Under the pieces are notes generated by a model that did no database searches, had not been told where the DNA came from, and saw only the letters and a program-made list of their open reading frames with translations. The translations under genes and the position numbers were made by a program. A stretch of DNA of 64,000 nt from Hydrolagus colliei (Eukaryota), in NCBI GenBank assembly GCA_035084275.1, contig CM068771.1:992001-1056000 (forward strand). Direction: 5' to 3'. Every line of letters begins with the position of its first letter. Within the stretch, counting starts at the first letter, position 1. Shown one piece after another: positions 30,701 through 42,680 of the stretch.

Positions 30701-33700
30701 TGGTCGCTCAACACACATCTGTTTGTGGGGCACTGCTGTCTAAAATTGGCTGCCACGTTTCGCCCATACGATATACAGTCACCACACTTTACAGTGTATT
30801 CTGCGAAGCGCTTTGAGGTATCTCAAAGATGTGGTAAGGCACAGTAACAAATGGAACGATTATTTATGCTTACTAATTTACCTGTAAACATGGTATTCCA
30901 ACTCTTCATTTCCTCCTGTGTTTATTCTCCCAGGCATTGCCAGTCGCGTGCTATAAACTGGTGGGATCTGGGAAGATATGAATCATTTCTTTACAAGTAT
31001 GCTCATAGTCTACCAAGAGGATTACAGTAAACATAATAATAATTATTGTATTTGATATAGGGCCTCATCATGTCTTCAAGGTGTCTTAAAGCACTTCACA
31101 GAATATACTGTAAAGTGCAGTGACTGTACAGTATATTTAGTGGGCAAGAAATATATATTAAAAATAATAATATTAATTTGGTCACTCAATATATGACTGT
31201 TTATGGGACACTGTTGGGTGCAAATTGGCTGCCACCTTTCATGCACAAAGCACACGGTCAATTCACTTTACAGTGTATCCATTGAAGCACTTTCAGAAAT
31301 CTAGAAGATGTGATATATCAAATGGAAGGATTACTTATAAAATAACACTGATCTCACCAATGGTACTGTCAGAGGTGACCCCACATCATTGCGCGGGGTG
31401 AGACCCTTGGTACCAGAACTGTTTGGTGTCGCATACTGGAATAGACTATCGGATTCATTGACAGCAGCTGCCGCCTGGCCACTGACTGACGTCTTCTGAA
31501 GCTCCTCCAACAAGATATCTGCAAAACAACACAAGTCTTTTAAAAAGCAAGACAGCAATGTTGAACCTTTCTAACTCACTGGTTCAGCCTCAGCTGGAGT
31601 ATTGTGTGCAATTCTGGCCACCACACTCGAGGAAGGATGTCAGGGCCTCGGAGAGGGTGCAGAAGAGATTTACCAGAATGGTACCAGGGACTACAATTAT
31701 GTGAAGAATCTGGCATTTTTCTCCTTGCAACAGAGTAACTTGAGAGGAAACTTATTGGAAGTGTTCAACATTATTATCTGTGGGATTAGTTGGTAACTGT
31801 TTCAAACAGTCGGCACAGATGGTCCGAATGGCAGAGTGATCAGGGTCTCCTGCGAGCCGACATGTTTGGTAACGCAGTGTGGGTATTGAACCTGTCACTA
31901 TGATGGTCTCTAGTCCATTTCCCGAGTTAGGCAAGTCCACGGTATTCCAGGGCTCTCACTGCTGATGACAACAACAACAACAACAAAATTGCACTTATAT
32001 AGCGCCTTTCACGTCGGGAGGACGTCCCAAAGCGCTGAACAGTCAGGTCGGGACCCAAGTGTTGGTGGGGGCGTGGGGGGAGGGTTGGGGTAGGGTGAAG
32101 GAGAGCGGGGAGAGTTAGTGGAGGAGCCAAAGGCGCAGTCAAAGAGGAAGGTCTTGAGACTCGCCTTGAAAGAGGAAAGCGAGGGGCTGCGGGATGGAGT
32201 TCCACAGTGTGGAGAGAGGCTGAAAGCCTGGCCATCAATGGTTGGGTGGTTAGGGTGGTGGATGCGGAGCAGGCCTGAGTCTGCTGAGCAGAGGGGACAG
32301 CCAGGCTGAAAGGAGACAGTAGGTCAGAGAGATAGGAGGGGGCAAGGCCGTGAATGACCTTGAAAGTTAGGACAAGGATCTTGAATTGGATCCACTGGGT
32401 GACGGGAGCCAGTGGAGACGGGTGAGGGGGGGGGAGTGATGTGGTCTCAAAGCCTGGTGCGGGGGAGAACACGAGCTGCAGAGTTCTGAATGATCTGCAG
32501 CCTGTGAAAGGAGGAGTTGGGAAGGCCGAAGAGGAGAGAGTTCCCGTAGTCAAGCCTGGAAGTTATAAAGGCATGGATGAGAGCACAGCACAGCCCAGCT
32601 TAGCCTGGCTCATCAGCAGGACCTGGAAGAACAGACCAGTCATTGAGGACAGGGAATCCTCTCATTCAGCTCCCGTTAACCCTGCAAACCAAAACCCTAA
32701 CTAGGTAGGCAGGCAGGCAGCCACTCACTCACTAAACAGGGAGTGTGGTCCTAGCTGGATAAGCAGCGGGAAAGCTTCTCAGACAGTGATATGAATGGTA
32801 AGGTTTAGCTGGTTAAACTCCAGCATTTACCCCAACACACACTTTAAGTTCTCCCCCCACCCCCCAGGCCTTAGATGTCACAAACATGCACCTAATTAGG
32901 TAAACAGGATGCATCATTTCAAAAATAGAGAGAGAGAACATTCCATTCCAATAATCTATCGGTGGGATGTGGGGAAATCCTCCTTTGGTTACTCTCCAGC
33001 AGTGGTGAGGAGTTTCTGTGTGTGTCAGACACCCAGCTGACCAAACAAAACCAAAGATTTTCTTTTAATAGTTAAAATGGTCCCTATGTCACTATGAATA
33101 ATAATCCTTGCATTTAATGCAGCACCTTATCGTGTCCTCAAAGCACTTCACATAATAATCTTAAGAATTGTGCGTATCAGTGCCCCACACCAGCTGAGTG
33201 GCCACATGGAGTCCTGTAGCTCAGTGTTTAGAGCACTTGCTTTACAAGCGCGAGATCTGGGTTCGATTCCAGGCAGGGTGCAACCTTGGGCAAATTTCTT
33301 TACTCCACATGCCTGATAATAATCCCTCCAAAATCATTTGATATACTACTTTTCACATCTTCTAGACATTTCAAAGCACTTCACGGAATATACTGTGAAG
33401 TGAATTGACTGTATATTTGTGGGCGAAACGCGGCAGCCAATTGCGCACAGCAGAGTCCCTACAAACAGCCGTGGATTGAAATGACCAATTTGTTGTTTTG
33501 TTTGAGGGATTATTATCAGGCGTGTGGAGCTAGGAAACTTGCCCTATGTATTGCTTTATTAGTTCCCGCCCAGGAACCAAATTCAGGTCCTCTCGCTTGC
33601 AAGGCAAGCTCTCTAACCACCGAGCTTTGCAGGACCCCACCGGTTGATGATTGTTTGGTTAAACTGTTGCATGTTAAGATGACTTTATACAAAGCGAGAT

Positions 33701-35693
33701 CTTGTATGTGACAGGAAGCTGTGAATCATTTATGTAACAAGTTAGAGGAAATGAGCCTCCCACAGACAGGAATCTGTTGGTTCTGGTCTTACAAATGGTT
33801 CGTTTCTTCCACATTCTCGCTGCCTTCATAGTTCTTATCCTATCTCTCCATCACCCCCACCGTCGTCCGGCTCAACTGGCTCCCCATCCTGCAGTGGATG
33901 AAGTTCAAAATCCTTGTCCTCACCTTCAAAACCCCTCCAACCCTTCCCTACCCTTGACCTGCTAACCCCCATATCAACCTGTCCGCTCCCACTGTTCAGC
34001 AGGCTCCGGCCTGCTCTACATCCTCTGGCATCATTGGCCTTCAGCCTCTCTGCCCCACCATCTGAAATTCCATCCCAGAATCCTCCCAGATCACTTGCTC
34101 CCTTGCCTCCTTCAAGACTCCTCTCAAGATCCTTCACTTTGACCAAGCCTTTGGTCACCTCCTACCCCTACCCTCCCCACCCTCCACTCCCTCCTGATCC
34201 CAACCCCCAGCTCAGGTTCAAATCCCTGACTGGGACATCCTTCCAACATGAAAGGCGCTGTGCAAATGTAATGTGTTGTTGTTATCAGTACTGTCACCAC
34301 ACAAGACTAACACATGGATATTAATAATAATAATTAGCATAAATGATTAATAATATCAACGTAACCCAACTTTGAGCCAAGTGCTTCCGGAATATACAAC
34401 AAAGTAAGTAGACTGTATATTTTGCAGGTGAAAGATATATTATCCTATTTTATTATTAAGCCTTGGATACCTTGGATAGGGCTTGATCCATAACACTGGA
34501 GTGTGACTCTCTTTGGGTTTAAATCGTTGATGTTTTATGACTGCTGATGTTTAGAGCACTTGCCTTGGAGGCGAGAGGACTCGGTTTTGATTCCCGGACT
34601 GGATGATCATCATCAACCATTGGTGGGCGAACCTTCAGCCACTCTGCTCCGAACCTCGCCCCACTCCCTAGCCTTCCTCAAGTTCCACCTCAAGACTCTC
34701 CTCTTCGACCGTGCCACTGGTCACCCCCAATCCCCTCCCTCACCTCCCTGTTTATCTGGCATCAAGTCGCAACTCGTTGTTGTTCGATTGGCAGATCACT
34801 TTTCCAGCAGTAATAATTTCTTCACAGACAAGTAAAATTTAAAACGTCATAATGTTGTCACTCAATCCACACGGACACAGCTGGGTGCAATTGGCTGCGG
34901 CGATTTGCCCACAAAATACACACTCACTGCACTTCACAGTACATGCTGTGAAGCACTTTGAGAAGTGTTAATGATGTGGCAAGTTGCTGTATCAAAGTTT
35001 CAAAGCCTGCAAAACTCTGAGGTCTCAACGACAAGCACATTTGCTCTGCTCTCTGTGCAGTATGTGACCACAGAGTGCAGATAAACGCTTCCTTCTGATC
35101 ACCAGCTGATAGACAGTTTCACACACACAGACGGAAAGTTCTGCTCCCCACATCCACCGGTGGATGTGGGGAGAATTGCCTTACCTTATTGGAATGCACT
35201 TTTAATATGAAAAAACTAAAACTTCCACGTAGGGAAATCAACCTCACAGTCTTTCTGCCTCTTGTCCACAAGCATAATAATATAATCAATAGTAATACTT
35301 GCGTTTGGCACAGCACCTTATCGTGTCAGTCAGACGTCTCACAGCATTTCACAGAATCTACTGTAAATCTTTGCGACTCTATTTTGTGGGCAAACACGAC
35401 AACCCATCACGCACTCACAGTTCTGGACTGAGGTTACCCAATTTTCTTTAAAGAGATTATTACCCCGTGAGAAAGTGATCCGCTGATTGACTAAGAAGCG
35501 GGTTCCTACTTACTTCTAGATAAACGAAGGCATGTGTGTGTGTACAGGTGTGGAGTAAAGAAGCTTGCCTAAGGTTTCCCCCTGACCCGCCCAGGAATAG
35601 AATCCAATTCCTCTTGCTTGTGAGGCGAGGGCTCTGACCACTGAGCTACAAGGACTTGAATGCTGAAACAACTGACTTACCTAATTCGTCCAT
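24468..35693 (-). CDS. LPXN: Leupaxin, 9 coding exons: join(35693-35681,31518-31358,30967-30882,30456-30348,28925-28743,28214-28041,27085-27004,26744-26596,24734-24468), 1224 nt = 407 aa + stop
   Basis: All GT-AG with continuous frame. N-terminal LD motifs ([30 protein letters not shown]) and four C-terminal LIM domains. The 13-nt first coding exon, short N-terminal half, PVYS/HVYS tyrosines and NKLF C-terminus fit leupaxin better than paxillin or Hic-5. Confidence 0.88.
25665..25905. mobile_element. 241-bp MITE-like insertion with 8-bp target-site duplication AGTTTCTT, inside a SINE
   Basis: TSD at 25657-25664 and 25906-25913 splits the SINE motif ggcaagtttctttactccac; GG...CC termini; subterminal inverted repeats atagtcYgaagg / ccttcggactat. 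Confidence 0.75.
26596..26744 (-). CDS. LPXN: Leupaxin exon 8 (LIM2/LIM3)
   Basis: tatcag|GG...AGA|gtaagt; [21 protein letters not shown]...WHPECFVCR. Confidence 0.95.
27004..27085 (-). CDS. LPXN: Leupaxin exon 7 (LIM2)
   Basis: ttgcag|AAA...G|gtgagt; [21 protein letters not shown]. Confidence 0.95.
28041..28214 (-). CDS. LPXN: Leupaxin exon 6 (LIM1/LIM2)
   Basis: tttcag|GTT...GAC|gtatgt; [16 protein letters not shown]...[12 protein letters not shown]. Confidence 0.95.
28743..28925 (-). CDS. LPXN: Leupaxin exon 5 (last LD motif and start of LIM1)
   Basis: aacag|AAT...AAG|gtacaa; [13 protein letters not shown]...[14 protein letters not shown]. Confidence 0.9.
30348..30456 (-). CDS. LPXN: Leupaxin exon 4 (LD motif)
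   Basis: tttcag|C...CAA|gtaagt; [17 protein letters not shown]. Confidence 0.88.
30882..30967 (-). CDS. LPXN: Leupaxin exon 3
   Basis: cccag|ATC...AG|gtaaat; IPPVYSTR...EYHVYS. Confidence 0.8.
31358..31518 (-). CDS. LPXN: Leupaxin exon 2
   Basis: ttgcag|AT ATC TTG...TTG|gtgag; [11 protein letters not shown]. Confidence 0.85.
31580..31780 (+). mobile_element. CR1 ORF2 fragment in leupaxin intron 1 (antisense)
   Basis: [12 protein letters not shown]...[14 protein letters not shown]-like sequence. Confidence 0.75.
35681..35693 (-). CDS. LPXN: Leupaxin exon 1 (ATG GAC GAA TTA G|gtaagt)
   Basis: Phase-1 exon that completes LD1 with exon 2. Confidence 0.8.
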
Positions 35694-35754
35694 TGAAAAG
35701 ACTGATGCTTCCAAAACTCATGCACCTCACAGTAAGTCTGTGTGTCTGATCCCC

Positions 35755-35785
35755 ACTGGCCCCGCCTTCCGCTTCGCAAAGCAGA
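35755..35785 (-). promoter_or_regulatory. Candidate TATA-less leupaxin promoter (ETS-like GCGGAAG next to a GC box GGCGGGG)
   Basis: Motifs lie 65-90 nt upstream of the ATG; motif match only. Confidence 0.3.
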
Positions 35786-38169
35786 AGGCAGTGACAGCAG
35801 CTCAGAACCTCATTGGATCCCAATCTCAGAATCTCATTAACTCACCTAATATAACTGTATTCTCACTTACAATGATGCCTCTCTTAAAATAGTCTCATCA
35901 GAGCTTAACTGACCCCAAGGAGCCAATGGAATGTGGGTATTGAGCATGTCTCTACGATGGTCTTTAGTCCAATTCCTGACCTAGGTGGGTCCGCAGTATT
36001 CCAGGGCTCTCACGGCTGATATCAATGACAAGTTATGTGGATTTAGCTGGTTGGACTCTGGCTGTTACCCCCAATACATGTGGAGCTCCTGTGGCTCAGT
36101 GGTTAGAGCACTTGTCTTGCAAGCTGGGGAAACCAAGCTAGGGAGACCTGTGTTCGAATCCAGGCAGGTCAGGGCCAAACCTTGGGCAAGTTTCCTTACT
36201 CCACACGCCTAATAATAATCACTCCAAAAAAACACAATAATAAAATTGGTCATTTTAATCCACGACTGTGTGTGGGACACTGCTGTGCGCAATTGGCTGC
36301 CGCGATTCGCCCACAAATATATAGTCAATTCACATTACAGTATATTCTGTGAAGCGCTTTGGATAAGATATGGAAAGCGCCATATCAAATGCAAGGATTA
36401 TTATATTATTATTATTACACATTCTGGACTCCCCCAAAGCCTTGGCTCTCTGTGTAAACACTTTCCTGAATTAGGTAAGAAGGATGTGTCCCTCCAGAGC
36501 ATTACATTCCAATAATCTATCTCTGGAATTTCCATGTGTAGACAGGATGTTGGGGAAATCTCGGCTTGAAGCTTCAGAGTCTCCAAAATAATAATACTAA
36601 TAATCTGTCCATTTGATACAGGTGCCATTTCATGTCTTTGGCACTTCTCAAAGCACCAAACTTGCCAGATTCAAATCCCGAGCAGGCCGAAACCTGAGGC
36701 AAGCTTCCTTACTCCACACATATGTCACTGTTTTCGTAGCAGTAAGTAGGAATACACTTGCAACAACAACATCTTGGAGTTATATAGTGCCCTCCATGCT
36801 GGACAGTGTCTCAGAGCACTTCCCATTAATGGATCCTTGGGCCGAGGCAGGGGGAGGGGGAAGAAGGTGACTGTAAGTGTGGTCGAAAGAAAGATCTTTA
36901 GCCGAGACCTGAAAGTAGGAAGAGGCAAAAGGAGTGAGGAAGGGAGTTCTAGAGCCTCAGGGCATAGTGGCTGAAGGTATGGCCACCGATGGTGGAGCGG
37001 AGGATTCGGGGGACAAGGAGGAGGGCAGACCCGGTGGAGTGAAGGCAACGGGTACTATTGTGAGGAGAGAGGTCAGAGAGAGGTAGCGGGTGCAGAGGAG
37101 TGGAGGAATTAGAAAACATGGGTGAGGATCTTGAAATCGATCCTCTCCAGACAGAGAGCCAGTGAAGTCTGGCAAGGACTGGGGTAATCAGTGAGCGGAG
37201 TTTGGTATGGGTAAGAATGTGGACGGCAGAATTCTGGAAGAAACTGGATTTTGTGAATGTTGGTGGAGGGGAGACCGTGAGGAGGGCATTTAAACAGTCC
37301 AGCTGAGAGCTGACAAGAGCATGGAACAGGGTTTAGGCGGCTTCTGGGGTGAGATATCGGCGGAGACGGGCGATGCATCAGAGATGGAAGAAACCAGTGC
37401 TGGTGAGGGACCAGATGTGGGGGAGGAAGGATAATTAGGGGTCGAACCTGATGCCTAGGTTGTTAGTCAATTGGTGGATCCCTTTCTGGGGTAATAATCC
37501 CTTCAAAAAATGAAAAATGAGTGCTACTTAATCCACGACTGTTTGTGGGACACTGCTGTAAGCAAATGGATAGCGCGTTTTACCACAAAATATATATATT
37601 ATATCCTGTGACGCACTTTGAAATGACATAACAAAATGGTGAGGCATTATAACAATTGCAATAATTATTATTGTATATTGAGCACCCACCATCTGCTAAC
37701 AACCAACCCTTCCTTCAGCGGCCAGTTTAAAAGATAAAAGGATTAAGGGATGTGGAGTTAGGGCAGGTAAGTGGAATTAGGTTAGAAGATCACCCATGAT
37801 CTTTCTAAATGCTGGGGCAGGCTCGAGGGGCTGAATGGTCTACTCCTGCTCTTATTTCTTATGTTCTCATGTTGGCTGAGTTGAAGACGTGTTTGATTGT
37901 GTCGGGATGGACGGGAGCCATAAGATCCAAAGTGCGCTATGTGCATTGTAGTTGCTGGGATGTAGCTTTGCAAACACTCGGTGTTTCTAATCCCCTTTTT
38001 AGTGATAACCATTCTCTAAAAAGTTTTGTAGTTGTGCTCAGTAAGGGCTGAGTTGATAGGTAAAGCTTACAGGATGGAGCTGAACAGCTTCTCTGACTGA
38101 TTATGTGGGAGGAACTGCACCGACATTGAAACTGAAAGAAGTTTTGAATCAGAAACTGCTGAGGGTGAA

Positions 38170-38492
38170 ATGGTGCCTCAACACCAAGCGCATGCTCTGA
38201 CTGAGGATTTAATTTGTCCAGTTTGTCTGGATCTCTTTATCGATCCTGTTCTCCTGAGTTGTAGCCACAGCTTCTTCCACTCCTGTATCACAAGGTGCTG
38301 GGCCGAGCTCCTGTCTTGTATGTCAGGAGACTTTCCAGGAAAGGCACCTCAGGGACAATCACTCCCTGGCCAATCTGTCAGAGAAAGCTCGAGAATTGAC
38401 TCTTGCCACGGGAAAGATGGGAGAAAGACTTCACTGTGAGGATCATCAGGAGGAACTGAAGTTGTTCTGTGAAACAGACAAGAAACTGATGT
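38170..38492 (+). pseudogene. TRIM (RING/B-box, zinc-binding protein A33-like) pseudogene, first exon
   Basis: LTEDLICPVCLDLFIDPVLLSCSHSF in frame 1 (a RING Cys is replaced by Phe); CLVCQETF...NHSLANLSEKAR in a shifted frame; LHCEDHQEELKLFCETDKKL in a third frame; then cut off by a repeat. Confidence 0.85.
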
Positions 38493-38494
38493 AA

Positions 38495-38671
38495 AAAAAA
38501 TGAAAAATACAGTACTGCAGATGCTGGGAATCAGCAGGTCAGGCAGCATCCATGGAGAAAGAAAAAGTGAGGAAATGTTTCGGGTCCACGACCCTGCATC
38601 AGAACACTGAGACATCACACTGTGTACACACAGTAAAGAGAGACCCACTGAGAGCCCAGACAATCAGTCCT
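38495..38671 (-). mobile_element. Penelope-like terminal repeat truncating the TRIM pseudogene
   Basis: ctgatgcagggtcgtggacccgaaacatt; partial inverted copy at 39040-39107. Confidence 0.6.
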
Positions 38672-39109
38672 GACACAATTTACCTTAACTTGGGAAATCT
38701 TTAGCTCCTATTTAACTTCAGCTTCTAGGGCCGATATGTCTGGTTTGCAGAGACCCCAAGAACACAGAAACCACAGCTTCATCCCTATAAAGGAGGCTGT
38801 TTAGATCTATAAGGTAAAAGGCTTCAGACTGTCAATCATACTCAGTCTGATCTCTATTTCTTTAAACAAGATTTTTCTCACAGTTTCTATTTGATTCCAG
38901 AATAAAGTGAAATCCTTCTTAGCTTTTCTCACACAGAGAAACAACAACAAAATTACATTTATAGAGGCCCCACTTCACATCAGGAGGATGTCCCAAGGCA
39001 CGGAAGCTAAAAATGTCACTAGTTAAGGTAAGTTGTATAAGGACTGATTGTCTGAGCTCTCAGTGGGTCTCTCTTTACCATGTGTACACAGTGTGATGTC
39101 TCAGTGTCT

Positions 39110-40570
39110 ATCTTTTGACCGATTGACCTGGTTATCACCCGGGGCCTCATCACTGTGGATGTCACCATCACTGACAAAGCCATCTCAGGCCACCACTTCA
39201 TTTCCCTTAATACCTCCACACCCCTTCCCCCTGCTCAATCCTCCAATAATACCTACACCTGTAGAAAACTATCTCCCCCCACCTCCCTCTCTGCCACCTT
39301 CGAGTCGTCTGACCTCCTACCCCTCTGGCCCTCTCTAAATAACTAACCCTCCTCTCTAGCCTTCCTCATCAGTTCCCTCTCCTCCATCCTCGACTCCCTT
39401 GCTCCCCTCACCACCTGAACTGCATCCTATTCCCGTAAATCCCCCTTGTACACTAGCCACCTCTTAACCCTTAGGGTGCAACTGCAAACTGCCGAACGCA
39501 CCTGGACCAAATCAAAATTAACAGGCCACTGGCGAATTTAGCGAGATCACACCAAGGCCTACCCCTCCGCCCTAGCCACCGCCAACTCCTCATATTACTC
39601 CAAATTAATCGTGGAGGTGAAGGTCAATCCCAGGCTCCTTTTCTCCACCAGGAACTGCCTCCTCCGCCCACCCTCTCACGCCTCACATACCCTATCCTCC
39701 AACTCCAAATGTGAAGAGATGCTGGACTTCCTCAAAAATCGAGAGGATCTGTTCAGCCACCTCCACCCCATCCTCCATTAATATTTATATGGTTGAGTCA
39801 TTAGATTTCCTTGTTGTAAACTCCGGGAAACCACTTTTTGGTTTCTTCTTCTGTAGGGTGTGAGCAGATACCAGAGGGGAAGTAACTAATGTGATCAAAA
39901 TTAGTAAGTTACTTTTGAGCATTTTAACCAATCGATGTGGTAGAAACCAGATAAGAAGCTGAACTGAGGCCACAACAGTGGTGAGGGTCCCTCTGCCTCC
40001 TTGTCCTCTTGTATCTCTTCTGTATTTGACACAGGGGAGCATGCTATCTCTTCTTCCCTCATCCAACTTAGTGGGACTGCGCTTGCCTGGTTTGAATCAT
40101 ACTTAAGTCAACTGTCTCCACTTCATCTCAGCAAATGGTTTTTCATCCTGCTCCTCCCTGGTCATCTGTGTGGTACCCCAGTGCTTCACTCTTGGCCCTG
40201 TTCTTTTCCTCATTTATATGCGATTGATTGATGGATTGATGGATTGATTGTCAAAGTCATCCGCAGACACGGGGTAAACTTCCATATGTATGCAAATCTG
40301 CTTTACCACTTCCAGTATCAACTCCAGGTCTGCCGATGTTCTATCCACTTGTCTTGCAGACATCAGGGCCTTGATGATTGCAAACTTCCAACAGCTGAAT
40401 GTGGACAAGATGGAAGCCATAGTACTTGGCTCCCATCAATGACTTCACAATCTGTAGATCTAAATACCTCAACCTTCTCGGGCTCTCTCTCAGATTCACT
40501 GATCCAGTGCCCAATCTCGGTGCCCGATTCGACATCTGGTCTCTGACCTACTTTCACCTCCACCACATTG
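39110..40570 (+). mobile_element. Degenerate L2 ORF2 (endonuclease end and RT), internally deleted
   Basis: LDLVITRGL..ITDKAISGHHFISL, IRRHGVNFHMYA, NFQQLNVDK motifs. Confidence 0.75.
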
Positions 40571-42680
40571 CATACTCTAGCATGCACACACACTTGTGTG
40601 CATAAACTGCATACACACTCACTCACACGTAAAATCTCACTCACAAACACACACTCTCAGGTGTGCACAAAGACTCTCTCAGGTTGCACAAACACACTCT
40701 CATCAATGCACACACATGCAAACACACATTCTTGCATGTATACACAATCTCACACACAAACCCTTGTGCACATGCTCTTGTACATATATCCTCTGGCACA
40801 CATATTCACACTCACTGGTACACACACTCCCTCTCATGCACACACACACACACACACTCACTCACAGTCACTCAAATACATGCACATTCTTGCATGCACA
40901 CTCTTGGTCACACACTGTTGCTCGTGACCCCTCTAGTAGAAACACTCTCAAACTCTAGTACACAGATGCTCTTGTTTGCACACACATGCACATGTACACT
41001 GCATGCACACTCTCTCACACAAGCATTCACAAATGCATATTCTCACATACAATCACACTCACACACTTGCTAGGGTGCGCAAACACATGCTCTCATATCC
41101 ATGCACACTTGTGAACACACACTGATGTGTGCACACACTCTCACACAAACCCCCCAAAAAATTTGTGCACATACTCTCTTGCATACACATCCACTCACTT
41201 GCATGCAGGCACATTCTCTCTCACACAAACACAGTCACTCATGCACACGTGCATTCTGAAATGCATGCACAGTGTTGCAAATACAAACACTTGCATGCAT
41301 ACACACATGCTTGTTCACAAACACACATGTCTCAGGTGTGCACACACATACTCTCTCTGCACATTTGCAAACACACAGTCTTGTATGCGCGCATACTCTC
41401 TCTCACACCCAATGCACATTCTCACATACCTGCACACTCTCGTACACATTCACTCATGCTCATACACATACTTTTACACACTCTTGCACACACTCTAGTA
41501 CACTCTCACACACACTATTTTGTGCACACACTCTTGTGCACAGTCTCAATCTCTAATACACTCTTTCATTCACACACATTCTCTCCCTCTCAAGTATAGT
41601 CACTGTCATCCATGCAGACTCTCACATGCATGCACAATCTCACACATACACACACATATGCATACACACACATGCTCTCAAATGAAAATTCTCTCAGATG
41701 TGCGCCTAAACACTCACATGCAGTCAAACATACACTTGCATACGTACAAGTTCTGGCACACAAAACCCCTCACACACATTCACACAAATACAAAAACACT
41801 CTTGTGAGTACACACGGATATGCTCACACTCTCACACTGTCACACACACACATGCTCATTCTCACATACATGCACACTACATACACAGGCACACTAGCAC
41901 ACTTGCCTGTGCAAACTCACTCACACACAACCTCAAACACATGCACTTTCACACCCAAACCCATGCACACACGCTCACATGCACACACTTGCACACACAT
42001 ACTCATTTGCACACACTCTCTTGCATGGGCACACATGCACACATTCACACATTCATGTGTGCACGCATTCTCACAAACACCCATGCACACACACACTTGT
42101 GCACACACACATTTATATACACACACTCATTCACATTTGTTCAAAAGCACACACACTCGTGCATGCACTTAGACTTCAAGCACACACACTTTTGCAGACA
42201 CGCTCTTATGTCCGCACATACTCACACATACACTACCTTGCACAAAAACAGTTATACACACACTGCTGCACAATGTCCCTTGCACACATGCTCACACCCT
42301 CTAGTGCACACACTCTTGCACACACATTCGCACACACATTTTTGCACTGCTGAAGCTTGCACGTACACAATTTGTGCACACACATACACACATAGTTGCG
42401 TGCACAAGCATACAGTTGCACAAACACCTGCTCACACACACTTGCTCATATTATGTGTCTCACGAGCACACACTCTGTCATATGCGTGCTCACCCTCAGG
42501 TGTGCACATGATACCCGTGAATGCACAATCACTCACACCACACATACACTCATGAATGCCTGCACTGACTCTTTCATGCAAGAGCACTCTCACATGCATT
42601 CATTCACACACTCTCTTACACACAAAGTCTTACACACTCGCACATACACCCAAGAATAAACACACACACGTGCACACTCA
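40570..42680. repeat. Long degenerate (CA)n-derived low-complexity tract; related tract at 44080-44660
   Basis: Continuous cacacact/tgcaca motifs; source of the HT-rich ORFs. Confidence 0.9.

Noticed and set aside
24468-35693. Paxillin or TGFB1I1 (Hic-5) instead of leupaxin
   Set aside because: The short N-terminal half with three clear LD motifs, the exon layout and the LIM3/LIM4 residues fit leupaxin better; a small residual uncertainty remains without a tree.
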